Source of the DNA: Octopus vulgaris
Lineage: Eukaryota
Reading direction: 5' to 3'
DNA: 64,000 bases
Assembly: GCA_951406725.2 (NCBI GenBank)
Contig: OX597814.1
Location: 43,524,001-43,588,000, forward strand
The notes below the pieces were generated by a model, which had not been told where the DNA came from, did not search any database, and worked only from the letters and a program-made list of their open reading frames with translations. The translations under genes and the position numbers were made by a program. This document shows positions 1 to 13,347 of this stretch, piece by piece; position 1 is the stretch's first letter, and each line of letters starts with the position of its first letter.

Positions 1-1205
1 TTTAATGACCATTTGCTTTGATCACAACATTGTGTTTAAGCAGCCATTCTGATTAGTTTCAATATTATAAATAATAGAATACTTCATGCTCAACCTAGAA
101 GTTCTTAGGTTATATTTGGCAGTCTATGGCACTTATCATCAGGAGCTTTAACATATATGTAACACTCCGTGAACTTTATTCGAAATTCGGTCTTTTCATG
201 TTGGATAAAACATCATTACTTTCCTTTTCGATTCTTTTTTTGTTTGGATATTTCCAAAGCAGTGTTCCAAACTGTTGTGAATTTCACTCCGGTTGTAAAT
301 TAAGAACATTCTCCTCACAAAATATGCTATCTCCTTCATACAAGATGTTTTTCTTTTCCTGAATGAAGTGTATATTTTGCTTCCAATTTCAAGTTTTTAC
401 TGCATTTAGTTTTATTTATTTCGTTGTGTCTTATCGCAAATTATATGATTGCTTTTCTTCCAAAGCATCCACTTTACCCATCTTTATAAGGGATGATTGA
501 TTAGACACGCCTGTATTGCTAAATGAAACTGCACAAAAAGCTGTTAAGTTGAAATCTATAGAACCATTGTTTCCTGCTCTGTATTGTCAATTTCATCGCT
601 TTCCATTTCTTTCCACATTCATAAATAGGAAAATATCTGGAGTGTTCTGGCACCTTTGAAAGGGAAAGTTCCCATGGACAATTCTCAATCACAATACACA
701 TGCACGCAGAAGAGAATCAGCTATCGATAAACAGAGAAAGGTGACAGGCACGCAGTACAGGCAAATTAATGTCAGCATGAATTTGCCCGCCTGTCCATGA
801 GAGGTATGCCACTACTTTGGCCTTGATATTTCTTCGTGTGACCGTTAGTATCTATATAGGCAAGTGAGAATCACCTAGATTCCTGAGAATATTCAGCATC
901 ATTACGGTGACATAGGACGCTGAAAAGAACACGAACCTCCAAACTGCCTCCAGCTTCTAGTGTAAAAGATAAGGATAGGAGAGATGAGAGAGGGCACCTG
1001 TGATAGACCGAGAATCTGATTAATATGCAGATGCTGCTGTAGTATAACGCAAACCAGTTTCTACGAAACGGACCAAAACTGGATACTCTTAAAAAACTGC
1101 GGTCGAAGCTGTTGAAAACATTTGAGTAATCAAATTGCTTTCAGTGACATCGAAGAGAGTTCTTTTAAAGATGTATTGCACGAAGCGTGTAATTTATCCT
1201 ACCGC

Positions 1206-1211
1206 TCTCTT

Positions 1212-1283
<72 letters not shown>

Positions 1284-1310
1284 ACACACATACACACCTA
1301 CACATACCTA
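1206..1310. repeat. (CT)n/(CA)n microsatellite
   Basis: Direct inspection. Confidence 0.95.
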
Positions 1311-2125
1311 TAAGACATAAACAATTTGTTTCTCATTATACACATACATTTAATCCTATATTCATATGTCTATATAAAATATGTATATCTATAAACACAC
1401 ACGTACGAACATATGTGTGTGTGTATTTATCGTGTTTTGGTTGTTTCTAATTTGTTTAAAATTTACACCTATATACTTCATCAGTACCTATTTCAATATT
1501 TCTCTTACTCTTCAGCTTGTTATACTTATTCCGATGTCCTTTATATTAAACGTTTCACGTAGTTTCACCACAACTTGTCCACTGGTGCAATTTGCAGAGT
1601 TTACGGTGTTACATACATTTTAGACTACAGCCTTTTCTCAGAGAATATGCTTTCTCTCTTTTCCTCCATCAGCTACAGCGCCTATGAAAATACCAATTGT
1701 ATTAAATCATACCAAAGTATTGATGCTTAAAGATGGAGAGAGTGAACGAAAAAGAAGACAAATAAAGGGGAAAAATTACATCCCAAACTATTTGAAAGCA
1801 GTAAATCTTAAGCATGATTAGCATAACCTTCCAAATTGTATATTCTTTAATTTCTTACATGAAAGACCATGGTTGGTTACTCCTATATCTTAGTTTCTCC
1901 GAAAAGCTATTCATATTGAACATGCGAGTGAAATGCAAGAAACATGCTTAGAAATGCAAGAATTTAAGATGGATGAGTGATAATAGACTTATGCAAGCTA
2001 TGTGAATGAAACACAAAGAAAAGAGGAAAATACTTGCTGCGAACGATTATGGTAATAGCCATGTTAAGGCATTGACGGTCACAATAGTGACTTGGACAAG
2101 ATCAGAATAATCGATAGAAAAATCA

Positions 2126-2178
<53 letters not shown>

Positions 2179-2639
2179 GTGTACAGCTAAACGCTAACCA
2201 ATAATATTTGTGAGATGAGAAGAGGTTGCAACCTAAAGATCGTGCTAAATGTGATTGGTTGCTAAGGTGAAAGGACAAAATATGTTGAAAGGTATGCGAA
2301 GAAGGTAATTAAAGGAGTAAAAATGATTGATGAACTATATTGCAGATAAATGCATGAAAAGAAGAGATTAATAAAAACGCTGAGAAATATACGAGCGGCA
2401 ACTGAACAAATTATTTTTATTTTGATCCTTGTTGGGGTTTTTATTGTCGTTGATATTATTATTGCCAGTGTTATATGGTTATATGTAGCGTTATGCTTAA
2501 ATAGCTTGCACATGTTTACTTTATTTGTCTTACGAAACAATGGAAAAAAACTAGAATTTGCACGCAGTTATCTGCGGTAATCATGTCTGCTGTGATGGTG
2601 GAAACAGTGTTGACATTGTTCATATTGTGACGGTTGGTT

Positions 2640-2881
2640 TCTTCTTCTTTCTCTTCTTCTTATCCTTCTTCTTTCCCTTCTCCTTCTTCTTCTCCTTCTC
2701 CTTCTCCTTCTCCTTCTTCTTCTTCTCCTTCTTTTTCTCCTTCTTCTTCTCCCTCTTCTTCTTCTTCTTCTTCTTCTTTTCCTTCTTCTTCTTCTTCTTC
2801 TTCTTCTTCTTCTTCTTCTTCTTCTTCTTCTTCTTCTTCTTCTTCTTCTTCTTCTTCTTCTTCTTCTTCTTCTTCTTCTTC
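2640..2881. repeat. (TTC)n microsatellite
   Basis: About 240 bp TTC/TCC triplet run; explains the poly-F/K/S ORFs. Confidence 0.97.
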
Positions 2882-3162
2882 CAGTCAGGACTCACGCAAT
2901 TAGCCACAAAAAATAATCTCTACTTCGAGCCTACTCTAAGCTACAAAGAATGCGTGTCTCAACTTGAAGACCCACCCACACACGCGATAGACTAACGGTT
3001 GCACGGGCGCGAAAGCTACGTTGTTATCCTCATTCCGTAAACTGTGGCTTTTAACAGGTGGAGAGCTGAGCAATCCTGGGGTACAGAGGATTCGCAATCT
3101 AGACTAGGGTCTGAAAGTTTACCACACCATAGTGGGTTAACCATGGTTCATCTGCTTTGGGG

Positions 3163-3334
3163 CAGAAGTAGGAAGAAAAAGTGAGAGGAAGTTGAGGTGA
3201 AAGAGTATAGCGGGGTTCACACACTCCCCGCCGAAGCCCCGTGGATTTTAGGTATTTTTGCACAATAAACACTCACAATGCCCGGACCGGGAATTGAAAC
3301 CTCGTTCTTACGACCGCGTGTTCGCTGCCTTAAT
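3163..3334 (-). mobile_element. tRNA-derived SINE fragment
   Basis: Minus strand reads ...gcagcgaacacgcggtcgtaagaacgaggtttcaattcccggtccgggcattgtgagtg, a tRNA-like head with B-box-like GTTTCAATTCC. Confidence 0.7.
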
Positions 3335-3339
3335 AGGGA

Positions 3340-4790
3340 AAATGAATCTGGACAATTAAGGAAAGGCCTCTCGCTTGGCAGTGGTTTACCAAGGATACAG
3401 AATGAGCACAGTGTTACCGTAATACTGCATCAGCAGATAATAGATCAAGGAGGCTGAAGTGAGCCAGTGAACAAAACAGGATAGTGATGCTGTGCTACTT
3501 AGAAACTGAACCTATAAAAGTGGCTGTAAAAGCGGATGTTAACACTTTGGGTAGAGGAGGGTATGTTTAAAGTAATTGAGCAGAGATTAGTTGATCAAGA
3601 TAATACTATTAGTTGAAGAAATTGGATTGCAGAATTGGAGGTTGAAGAGATCACAAGAGAATTGAAAAAGAAAGACCAGGCAGTAGGAAAGACAAACATC
3701 AACATAAGAGATACGGCTCTATCCTAAGAAGAATCGGAAGGAAAAAGTTATAAAGCGCTACCAATAAAGAAAGAACAATTGGCACCAGCGACTTAAGTGA
3801 TTTATGCGAGGAAGGTAAGATTTTATAAGAGTTGCAAGAAGTAGTGAGTAAAGAAGTAAGAAAAAGATTACCAATATTAAAATGCAGCTACAGAAGGAAG
3901 TTCCTAGGAATGACTATAAAAGTACATTCTCTTATCAATTGGATAGATATACTAAAAATATAGGAGACACTACTTTACTGATCTAAGCAAGAGCGGTAGT
4001 AGTAGTCACCAGAAGATTAGGTATCTCACACAGAAAGACTAAAATGTGCAAATGTGGAAAAGAAGACGACAAAATAAAGTGAAGACAAGAGCTGAGTAGA
4101 ATAGAGGCATTGAAACTGACCAAGTCAGGAAACATGATGCAAATCTTCCCCCGAGAAAAAATACCTATTCAATGAGATAAGATTTGGGACAATAATAGAA
4201 GAGTTGAAACAACATATCATAGCAGTGGCAGGTAAGCTCTCCAGATATAAGAAAAGAATAGATCAGTATCAACAGAATAGATTATTTGAGACAGACCAGA
4301 GGAGATTTTATAGCCAAATAAAAAGTGGAGAACGAAGTACTGAAGATGAGAAACCAATGCAGAAGATAGAAAGTTCTGGATTAATATTTGGGATAAGCCA
4401 GTCAATCACATTAGAGATACAATATGGTTAAAGAACGTGAGGGAAGAAGTAGTGGATGATAAGCAGCCATATCTGATATTAACTACTGCATTACTGAGTA
4501 AAGCGTTAGGAAAATGCCGAATTAGGAAGGGTTCAGGTCCAGATTTAGCTCAAGAGTACTAGTTGAAGAAATTCAATAGTTTACATAGGAGACATAGGGA
4601 ACAACTTTAAGATTGCCTTAATCGAAAAATGACATCAGGTTGGATGAATAGAGGGAGTACAATACTCATCATGAAAGATAAGTGCAAGGGTAATACAGCT
4701 AGCAGCTATTGCCTAAGCGCTTACTTATCATTAATGTGGAAGATGTTTACAGGAATGCATTCAGAAAGCATTTACGAGTACCTTCACAAT
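3340..4790 (+). mobile_element. R4/Dong-clade non-LTR retrotransposon remnant (N-terminal region and start of RT), pseudogenised
   Basis: Peptides EQRLVDQ, KLSRYKKRIDQYQQNRLFETDQRRFY, KGSGPD and GSTILIMKDKCKGNTASSY...LMWKMFTG match R4/Dong ORFs; many stops and frameshifts. Confidence 0.85.
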
Positions 4791-5819
4791 ATGAAAATTG
4801 TGAAAAGGTGTTCGTAGCTCAAGGAGATAATGTGGCGCACGGGCCAGAAGCTAAGCCCACGGGCGTATGGTAAGGAGCTTAGTATTTGAACTACATGGTC
4901 ATGCTCCTTCGCACCAAATCTGCACAATTAGAAAATAAAATATCAGCACAACACATGCAACATATTAACCTAAGCTGTCGACTTCGTCTAAAGTATTCCA
5001 AAAAGCACTAAGGCATCTAACTGAACGGATATACGAACCTCAAGGCTCTCGATGGAGTTTCTGGAAATAACAAACAAGACTCCTTCAAATCACAACATAT
5101 TATCTGATAAATAAAATCATTGAAAGATGTAATCTGATATACACAATATCTGAAAACAAAAACAAGACGAGATAATTACGGCTGCAATACGTTTTCCTCA
5201 CAAATGTCAGCTCGAGTCCAGCCTGTCCTGGGGGATAAACAAAAAGATTTTTTCCTATACCATGAAATATCACCTCACTTTTAACGTGATTGCTACTTAT
5301 GAATATAATATTCTGCACACCATCCACACAGCACATGCTCGATAAGTTGCACAGTCGAAAAATTAAATTAACACGAGTCCGAGAATAAATTACGATAGAA
5401 AGCGAAACGTACATTCTTATGCAGACAAATTGCTTCACGCACATAGTGGGTAAGATTCCCCGTCTGATGTAGATGTCACCATATATCTTTTAAAAAGATC
5501 GTTATAAAGCAAGTACAAAAAGATTGGTTTGCCAACAATACAGATAGGAAGATACCATAATCATCCATCAGACACGGAACCCAACACTTTTCTGATCACA
5601 ATAATCTGCAATCTGCGATGTGTTTTTTAAGACTGAACAAAATATCAAAGCAACAATTTTCAAATATAATTATCAAAGATTCGAAAAAAAAATATTTGCC
5701 TTTGACCAAATCACTGCCCCGAGAGACGTAGCGCAAGTCTCAAATGAAAATACAAGGATCTTCAAATGTAAGGAAAATTAATGTGGGTAGGGATGTAAAA
5801 GCTCAACGCAGCTAGACAT

Positions 5820-6200
5820 AAAGGACATTAAACTGGAACATCTATGAATAAAACAAACAACAGGGTTCATAATACTGCCCAATCCAATAATAACTACACA
5901 AGGGTGTCTCACATTGTTCTCAAGGGTTACTGACACAACTCACACAATTCTCTCTGTGCACTCACACCGCATGTATTCTATAGAATCAATACAAAATAAA
6001 AAGTTTTACATAATGAAATAATACGACATCCATAGAACATGCTTCCTGATAAACAAACGAGGCAGAGAAGAAACTCTAACTAAATATAGTAGAAAAGATT
6101 CATTGGACATTGTAATTTGAAGTCGTCTTCTATGATTTTTCATATTAACTAAACTAACTAGACAGTAAATCTACAAGCTTCAAAGATATTCTGAGAGTTT
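5820..6200 (+). mobile_element. Possible highly degraded LINE APE-endonuclease remnant
   Basis: Scattered motifs in the expected order (GFII, RVSHIVLKG, ILSVHS, NKKFY, RLL*F) across frameshifts; weak. Confidence 0.25.
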
Positions 6201-6293
6201 CTTGTAGACGACATATACATATATATATATTGGCCTCGCACTCACCGGACCGCTGTGTTTGCGGAAAACGAAAATCTAAGATTTAAAAAAAAC

Positions 6294-9135
6294 CATACTA
6301 TTATGGGCGAAGCTGGCAGAAACGTTAGCACGCCGGGCGAAATGCGTAGCCGTATTTCGTCTGCCGTTACGTTCTGAGTTCAAATTCCGTCGAGGTCGAC
6401 TTTGCCTTTCATCCTTTCGGGGTCGATAAATTAAGTACCAGTTACGCACTGGGGTCGATGTAATCGATTTAATCCGTTTGTCTGTCCTTGTTTCTCCCCT
6501 CTGTGTTTAGCCCCTTGTGGGTAGTAAAGAAATATATTATGGGCGAAATGTCCGTCTGTTTGACTGTACCTTCCTGGTGGTCAAACGGCTGGGCCAATGT
6601 TCACGGTGTTTTTCGGGATTACGAGGGAGGTAATCAGGCAGGTTTTAAGCGAAAGAAAAGTGAAAAAGTATGATTTACTGGATATGGAAGGTAATTCTAC
6701 AGTTAACGGGCGTACACAAAGTAAATAAAGATTAAGGGGACATAACTCGTAATAAAGGAAGCAAAGGGAAGTGAATCAACTTACTTCTCCACTGAATTAC
6801 GCCAATAGCTTTATTAAGGGATGATTTCGATGACTTCGTCTCAGTATATGACTACTATGAACTTTGTCAATAACGATTTTATGCATAAAGTTGTGTAATG
6901 TTTTATTAAATTTTCCTTCGTTCTGCGCCATTATAAACTAGAAATGTAGTAAGAGACAATCTAAGTTAATAGAGACAAGCCCAACAGAATAAGGATACGG
7001 AAGCTCATAAAATTCGCTGTGATACAGAAGTGAGAGCGTCGGAACAGAGCAGGGATACGCTAACTCGCCAAACAACACGGAGAAATCATCAGGTGAGAGC
7101 TTCGGAACATAGCAGGGACATTTTAGACCGCTAACTAACACGCAAAATTCCTCAATTATAAGCTTCAGAACAAATAAGGAATACTCTAGCTTGCATAAAA
7201 TCAAGACCAGTGCAAGTACAAGTGGAAGATAATGCTCTGATAAGCATTTCCCTCGCCGAATATGACAATGAACGGATTGCAGATTACAATTTGATAGCAA
7301 GTCAGGAAAACTTTATCGAAAGTAACATTCCATTATCATACCGTTCTCGCTTCTGCAGCAGCTTGGGTGATTATATATGCCCACATTCTTAATCGAAGCA
7401 CTGGCCAGCAGAACTACTTTCCCTCTGTTGCGAGAAAGGCCAATTTCACCTGCAATCTACCCCCAATTTGTCGGCAGACATTGTGTCGTATGGAAAGACA
7501 ACAATTTTATAACAAATATTCGAGCATATAATAACGCACTCACGTTTGCGTCCATTGGTTATGTTATTGATACATCGATAACTGGATCTAAACCCACATT
7601 TAAAATCCAAGCTAAAGTGCGTCATGCCAGTGGAAGCTTAATATCAGATGCCAATCAACCGCCGCCATTCGCACAGCTGTACTTCTTTGATACACACTAT
7701 AAGACCAAAAATAGGATGAAACATTAGAATGATCTGCAGGCGGATATATTGGCGAAACTACAAGGTTATATTTGGCAAGTAAATCCATTCATAGCATCAT
7801 TTCAATCTGCTATAGAATTTTCGGCAACTGAGGATATTTCGATACTTCTACACCATGACAAAAAGCTCAAACAATCCGAGGCTTGCTGTCGCCAGTACAA
7901 CTCACCTATGAATTCAGAGGTGACTGCTTTTGTTCCAGATGATATCAAGAACCCTTTAGATGCAATCATATACTGTCGTATAAACTCTATCCATCGATCG
8001 TACAATCCGTTGCATTATGTTCTGCTACAACCGGAGGGAACAGACAGTTGGCAGTTCAATACGAAGAAATCAATTGGACAAATATTAACAGCTATGAATT
8101 GTCACGCTAACCAGCTGCAGGCAAGAAGTAATTCGGATAATCATATTATGCGAAGCTGAAGACTACTACAGCAATATGCTGTAGATCAGTGGGCGAAAGT
8201 AGAACGGAACAGGCTAAGGTAGGCGGAACTCCATCAAACGGCAGTCAGAGCAGAAAAATACTCAGGGTTGCTTGATGCTGTCAATAAACCGATACAGCAA
8301 TACCCGGAAGAAGAATTATTCTCCCACCAACCATCACCTGCAGTCCAAGATATTACAGCGAGGCTTTCCAACACGCCATGGCAATAGTGAGAGGAATGGG
8401 AAAGTCAGATTACGTCATCACATTTACCGCATATCCAGAATGGGTGGAGATACAGACCACCCTATTCCCAAGGGATCATGCACAGGGCCGACCTGATATT
8501 GCCTGTTGAGTATTCAAAATCACGCTCGATCGCTTCACCATGATCTGCTGAAAAAACACGTTCTAGGAAAAGTTGCCGCCTATACACTAACTATTGAATG
8601 GCAAAAACGTGGCCTTACACACGCACATATACTGCTTATCATAGCAAGTCGTCATAAACCAAGTTTTCCAGAAATCATAGATAAAGAAGTTAGTGACGAA
8701 TTACCTGACAAACACTGAAACTCGGAGCTATTCAACTCAGTAATATTCATGGTACGTGCGGTGCTATCAACCCCGAAATCCGTGTAGGGAAACCAGGAGA
8801 GACGAAGCTCGATGCACTAAGGAGTTTCCGAAACTCTTCCAGTCAGTCACCTATATACCGAGAGATGACTGCTCGACGTATCGCAGAAGAAGTCCAGCAT
8901 ACGGTGAAAGAACCACTGAAATTTATGTTTTTGTGGTGATTTTTTTTCTTCAACTTACACTGATGAATTTTTAGTGACATACACTGACTGTTATATTACG
9001 TTTACTATTTTCTTCACAAGGTAACAATTCTTGGATAATGCCATACAACCCATACCTGACAATAAAATGCAACACCCACATCAACGTCGAGGTGGTACAT
9101 TCCGTCCAAGCAGTGAAGTACTTATATAAATACAG
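6294..9135 (+). mobile_element. Helitron remnant (5' end, N-terminal repeats, Rep domain; helicase absent)
   Basis: CPHS*SKHWPAE..CCEKG, NIRAYNNALTFAS, FAQLYFFD, YNPLHYVLL, RLLQQYAVDQWAKVE, GRRIILP, EWQKRGLTHAHILL (HUH motif), YRRRS and WIMPYNPYL...HINVEV...VKYLYKY (catalytic Tyr motif). Confidence 0.93.
6312..6534 (+). mobile_element. tRNA-derived SINE inserted in the Helitron 5' end with a 13-bp TSD
   Basis: Head gctggcagaaacgttagcacgccgggcg, B-box gagttcaaattcc; flanked by tattatgggcgaa at 6299-6311 and 6535-6547. Confidence 0.92.
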
Positions 9136-11239
9136 TAACATATTTAAGAGATGAGGAATTATGAAGTGGTAAACAGTTTAAAAGAGTACATGATAAGCAA
9201 CTTCCCCGGGAAAAGAGAAGAGTACTGTAGTCCGGATACAATAAGTGACGAAAATTATCCCCAGTACCCACAGGATTTCTAGAACAACTTAAATCCATCG
9301 TGACATCCATCGTGACTGGCACTCCGTAAATTTTACAAATTGACGGACTCATCATTCTACACATGTTCATCCTTTCACTCTTATTGCATCTTTTATTACA
9401 TTTTCCGGTAGTTTCTTTCCTTAGATGTTTGTCTTACAGAAGTCTCTTCCTTCTAGATTCCATGACATTAAAAAAATCTGATAGTTTAATAGCAACGTCT
9501 CTTTTTGTAACTTACAAACAAACTGGTTTTAACACCGACTGCTTGCTGTTTTGATGGGTGTGACTTCCAAAACTAGATACTAAATAAATTTAAGTAATGG
9601 AATACTTTAAAAGAACACAAAATACACGGTTCATTTCTTTCATTTTTAAACTGAGTGATTTGTCTTCATTAAAATCACTGAAGACATATCACTTCATATG
9701 ATACGTCTTCTCTTGATAAAAGAAGTTGAAGAACATTCTTAATAGACGTTTTTGGAGAGAGAAAAATAGTGAGAATGTGAAATATGGACAACGATCTAGT
9801 TGGAATCATTATAGGATTAAAAGGAATTTTGAAGCATGTTACAGAGAAAATAATTGAAAAACCTTACTGAGTTATCTTTCTAAATAAATTCGAGAGGATT
9901 TTGCTCCTGCAGTTTGCTCATATGATGCGTAAAATAAAGGTACGTTCGTGTACAAGGCATGATATAAATTAACAAACGTTTTAGAAATAATCTTTTCGCT
10001 GCCACGGATATTAAATCACACAATAATAGCACCTGTAATTGTTCAATCCGATGACACGTCCGTGCAGAATATTGCCCACGTAAGTGACTGTAATATGGCA
10101 AAACACTGAGGTCGTATATAGTATGTTGGTACGTATATTCGGATCAAATTTCAGCTCAGTTATGTGACATTGCATGTAATTTAATGCACGTTATAATAGA
10201 TTGCTTTCCATCCTTTGGATTATCAGAGTCTTCATGATTCTCATTATTCTTCATTATAACATATATCATCATCGTGAATGGATAATCATTTCATTAAATA
10301 CTGATATGAAATCCATAAATGCTCGTATAATCAGTAGTGTTTACTGTTCTACCTTTCACCCTAATACTTCTTACTCTCATATTAGTAATGCAATCCTTAC
10401 ATACATCGCATTTCACGAAATATGTACCGAAACAGAAATACATATACACACATATCTGCTCAATTCAATTCTTCTCACTTTCACAGCTATACAATCTTCT
10501 ACTACAATTTGCTTCCCTTTTAACCCCCAGCGATAACCTCTTCCCTCTCTCTGTGAGACGACGGCTCATAAATTTAATCCCTACGTGCCCTCTTAACTCA
10601 TCCGGAATTTATTTTTATCTATCATTGCACCTCATTGCGCATCATTGCATCGTTCTTATCACATTTTCGTTCCATGCAGAATTCTTATGCTCTTTCTATT
10701 GACTTATATTACAATGTTGCACAAAAATAGTAGCAGATAGTAAATTTTGAACTACACTTCATTGGAAAGATATTTTCTACTGTCTATTCTTCCATTTTAC
10801 GAATATTTCGACATAATAATCGCATTTCTTCCATCATATTTTATATTTGGAAGTTAGTTGTAACGTTCAAATTGTAATTCCTCTCTTACAAAATGTTACC
10901 ACAACTTTCTTCAACTCTACGTCCATCATCATCATCATCGTCTTCTTCACCGTAGTAGTCATCATAATCATCAACTTGATTGCGATAACTATCTATATAT
11001 ATATAGAACTGAGAATGTGTGTGTGTGTGTCTGTCTGTGTGAATCCGTAAAACTTGAGAATTACACAAACAATTTCATTCAAATTTTACACATGCCTTAC
11101 TTAGGGATCATGTAATGTCAAGGGCAAAAAAAAAAGATGTTTAACTTCTTGCCTAGGGCTCGCCCACAGCAATATCACATCTTCTCCACTATTTCAGTAA
11201 TACCTGTTAAACGTGAAGCGAAAGCATCACTCTATTGTA

Positions 11240-11247
11240 TGTATATG

Positions 11248-11305
<58 letters not shown>

Positions 11306-11321
11306 CACATGTATATATATG

Positions 11322-11404
<83 letters not shown>

Positions 11405-11405
11405 G

Positions 11406-11461
<56 letters not shown>

Positions 11462-11809
11462 TTAGAGATAAAACAACTATTAGGCAAATCAATCGGTGAA
11501 AAACATAAACAAATACATAAAATTAATTTAAAATATAAAAGTTAAAGATAAAAAATTATTTAAATGATTTATAATTATAAATTTTATATATATATACAAA
11601 TATATGTATATATATATGTATGTATATTTTTATATTTATATATTATTTTAGTTATTAATTAATTAATTAATTTAATTTATTTATTTACTTATTTATTTTT
11701 ATATATATATCAAAAGTATTAAATAGTATATGTATATATATATATATATGTATATATGTATTTATATATATATCTGTATATATATATATACATCCATATA
11801 TATACATGG

Positions 11810-11854
<45 letters not shown>

Positions 11855-11901
11855 TATATACATGTATATATATGGATGTATATATATACAGATATATATA
11901 A

Positions 11902-11991
<90 letters not shown>

Positions 11992-12166
11992 AGAGTTTAC
12001 GAAGAAACAAAAGACTAAGACAGGTGGTGTACAAAACAAACAGTTGTATTCGTACAACTCTCAGGTATAGAAAAAGTTTTTTACGTTTCGATCCTACGCT
12101 CTTCTACAGAAAGGGGCAGAGAAAAAACAAGGAGAGAAAAAATGGCAACTGGTAATATATATCTAC

Positions 12167-12209
<43 letters not shown>

Positions 12210-12246
12210 TACATATATACATATACATATACATGTATATGTATAC

Positions 12247-12277
<31 letters not shown>

Positions 12278-12296
12278 CATATGTACATATATATAC

Positions 12297-12362
<66 letters not shown>

Positions 12363-12565
12363 GCATATATACATATATATATATATACATACATATATAC
12401 ATATATACATATACACATATATACATATATATATATATATATTTGCATATATATATGTACATATACATATATATGTATATATATATATATATATACATAT
12501 ATATTTATATATATATATACATATATACGTATATATATATATGTATATATATGTATATATATATG

Positions 12566-12600
<35 letters not shown>

Positions 12601-12609
12601 ATATACATG

Positions 12610-12644
<35 letters not shown>

Positions 12645-12646
12645 AT
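11240..12646. repeat. Complex (TA)n/(TATG)n microsatellite block
   Basis: About 1.4 kb of TA-rich repeats; source of all YIYI ORFs here. Confidence 0.95.
12078..12113 (-). ncRNA. Hammerhead-like motif (A6U core variant) in a short PLE-type repeat (about 11988-12155)
   Basis: Minus strand: cttt CTGTAGA AGAGC GTAG GATC GAAAC GT A aaaa; same family as 52015-52050. Confidence 0.5.
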
Positions 12647-13347
12647 GCTCCAAGTCATGTAGGCATGTTTGAAAATTGCCTTTTAAAAATAGAAGTTGTA
12701 GTCACATTAGAACAAGACATAAGTGTACTTCTTATGGGAGACTTCAATCTGCCCAATGTCAGATGGCCCGAGGGCCTTTCTTTCCCAGGAATAACACGAT
12801 TCGAACGAGGACAGGCGATGTCCGTTCTGAACCTCATCAACACTCTGTACATGGAGCAAATAATACCCCAACCAACCAGGGCAGGTAACATACTGGATCT
12901 CTGCTTCATAAATAATATGGATCTCATCCATAATGTGAATGTGACACCGGCACTACTCTCGGATCACAACATGGTAGAATTGACCATGTATGTGTCAAAG
13001 GAAGGCATGAACATGTAGTCTACAAGTAACTCTCAGAATCTTTCCAACTTGAACTTCCATAAGGCAAACTGGAAACAAATTGAGAAAGTGATCCACAAAC
13101 AAAACTGGCCTGAATGTCTCTCCTCGCCAGACATCGGCATGAAACTTCAACAATTCATGTCTGTAATGCAAGCCATATGCTACAAATGTGTCCCGGAGGG
13201 AAAGGCTACTGTACACAAGAACAAAATTCCCAGAGAGGGGAAAATTCTAATGAGACGGCGTACAAAAGTTTCAAATTGCCTAAACAAGCAAATTGAAAGC
13301 AGTGAAAAGTCCCACCTGAAAATAAAACTGTTGGAAATTGAAAAATT
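12647..13347 (+). mobile_element. CR1-clade LINE ORF2 fragment (APE endonuclease C-terminal part and linker)
   Basis: [49 protein letters not shown]. Confidence 0.92.

Noticed and set aside
2558-2995. Long poly-F/K/S ORFs
   Set aside because: They are translations of the (TTC)n microsatellite.
11137-12672. Many overlapping YIYI ORFs
   Set aside because: They are stop-free translations of (TA)n.
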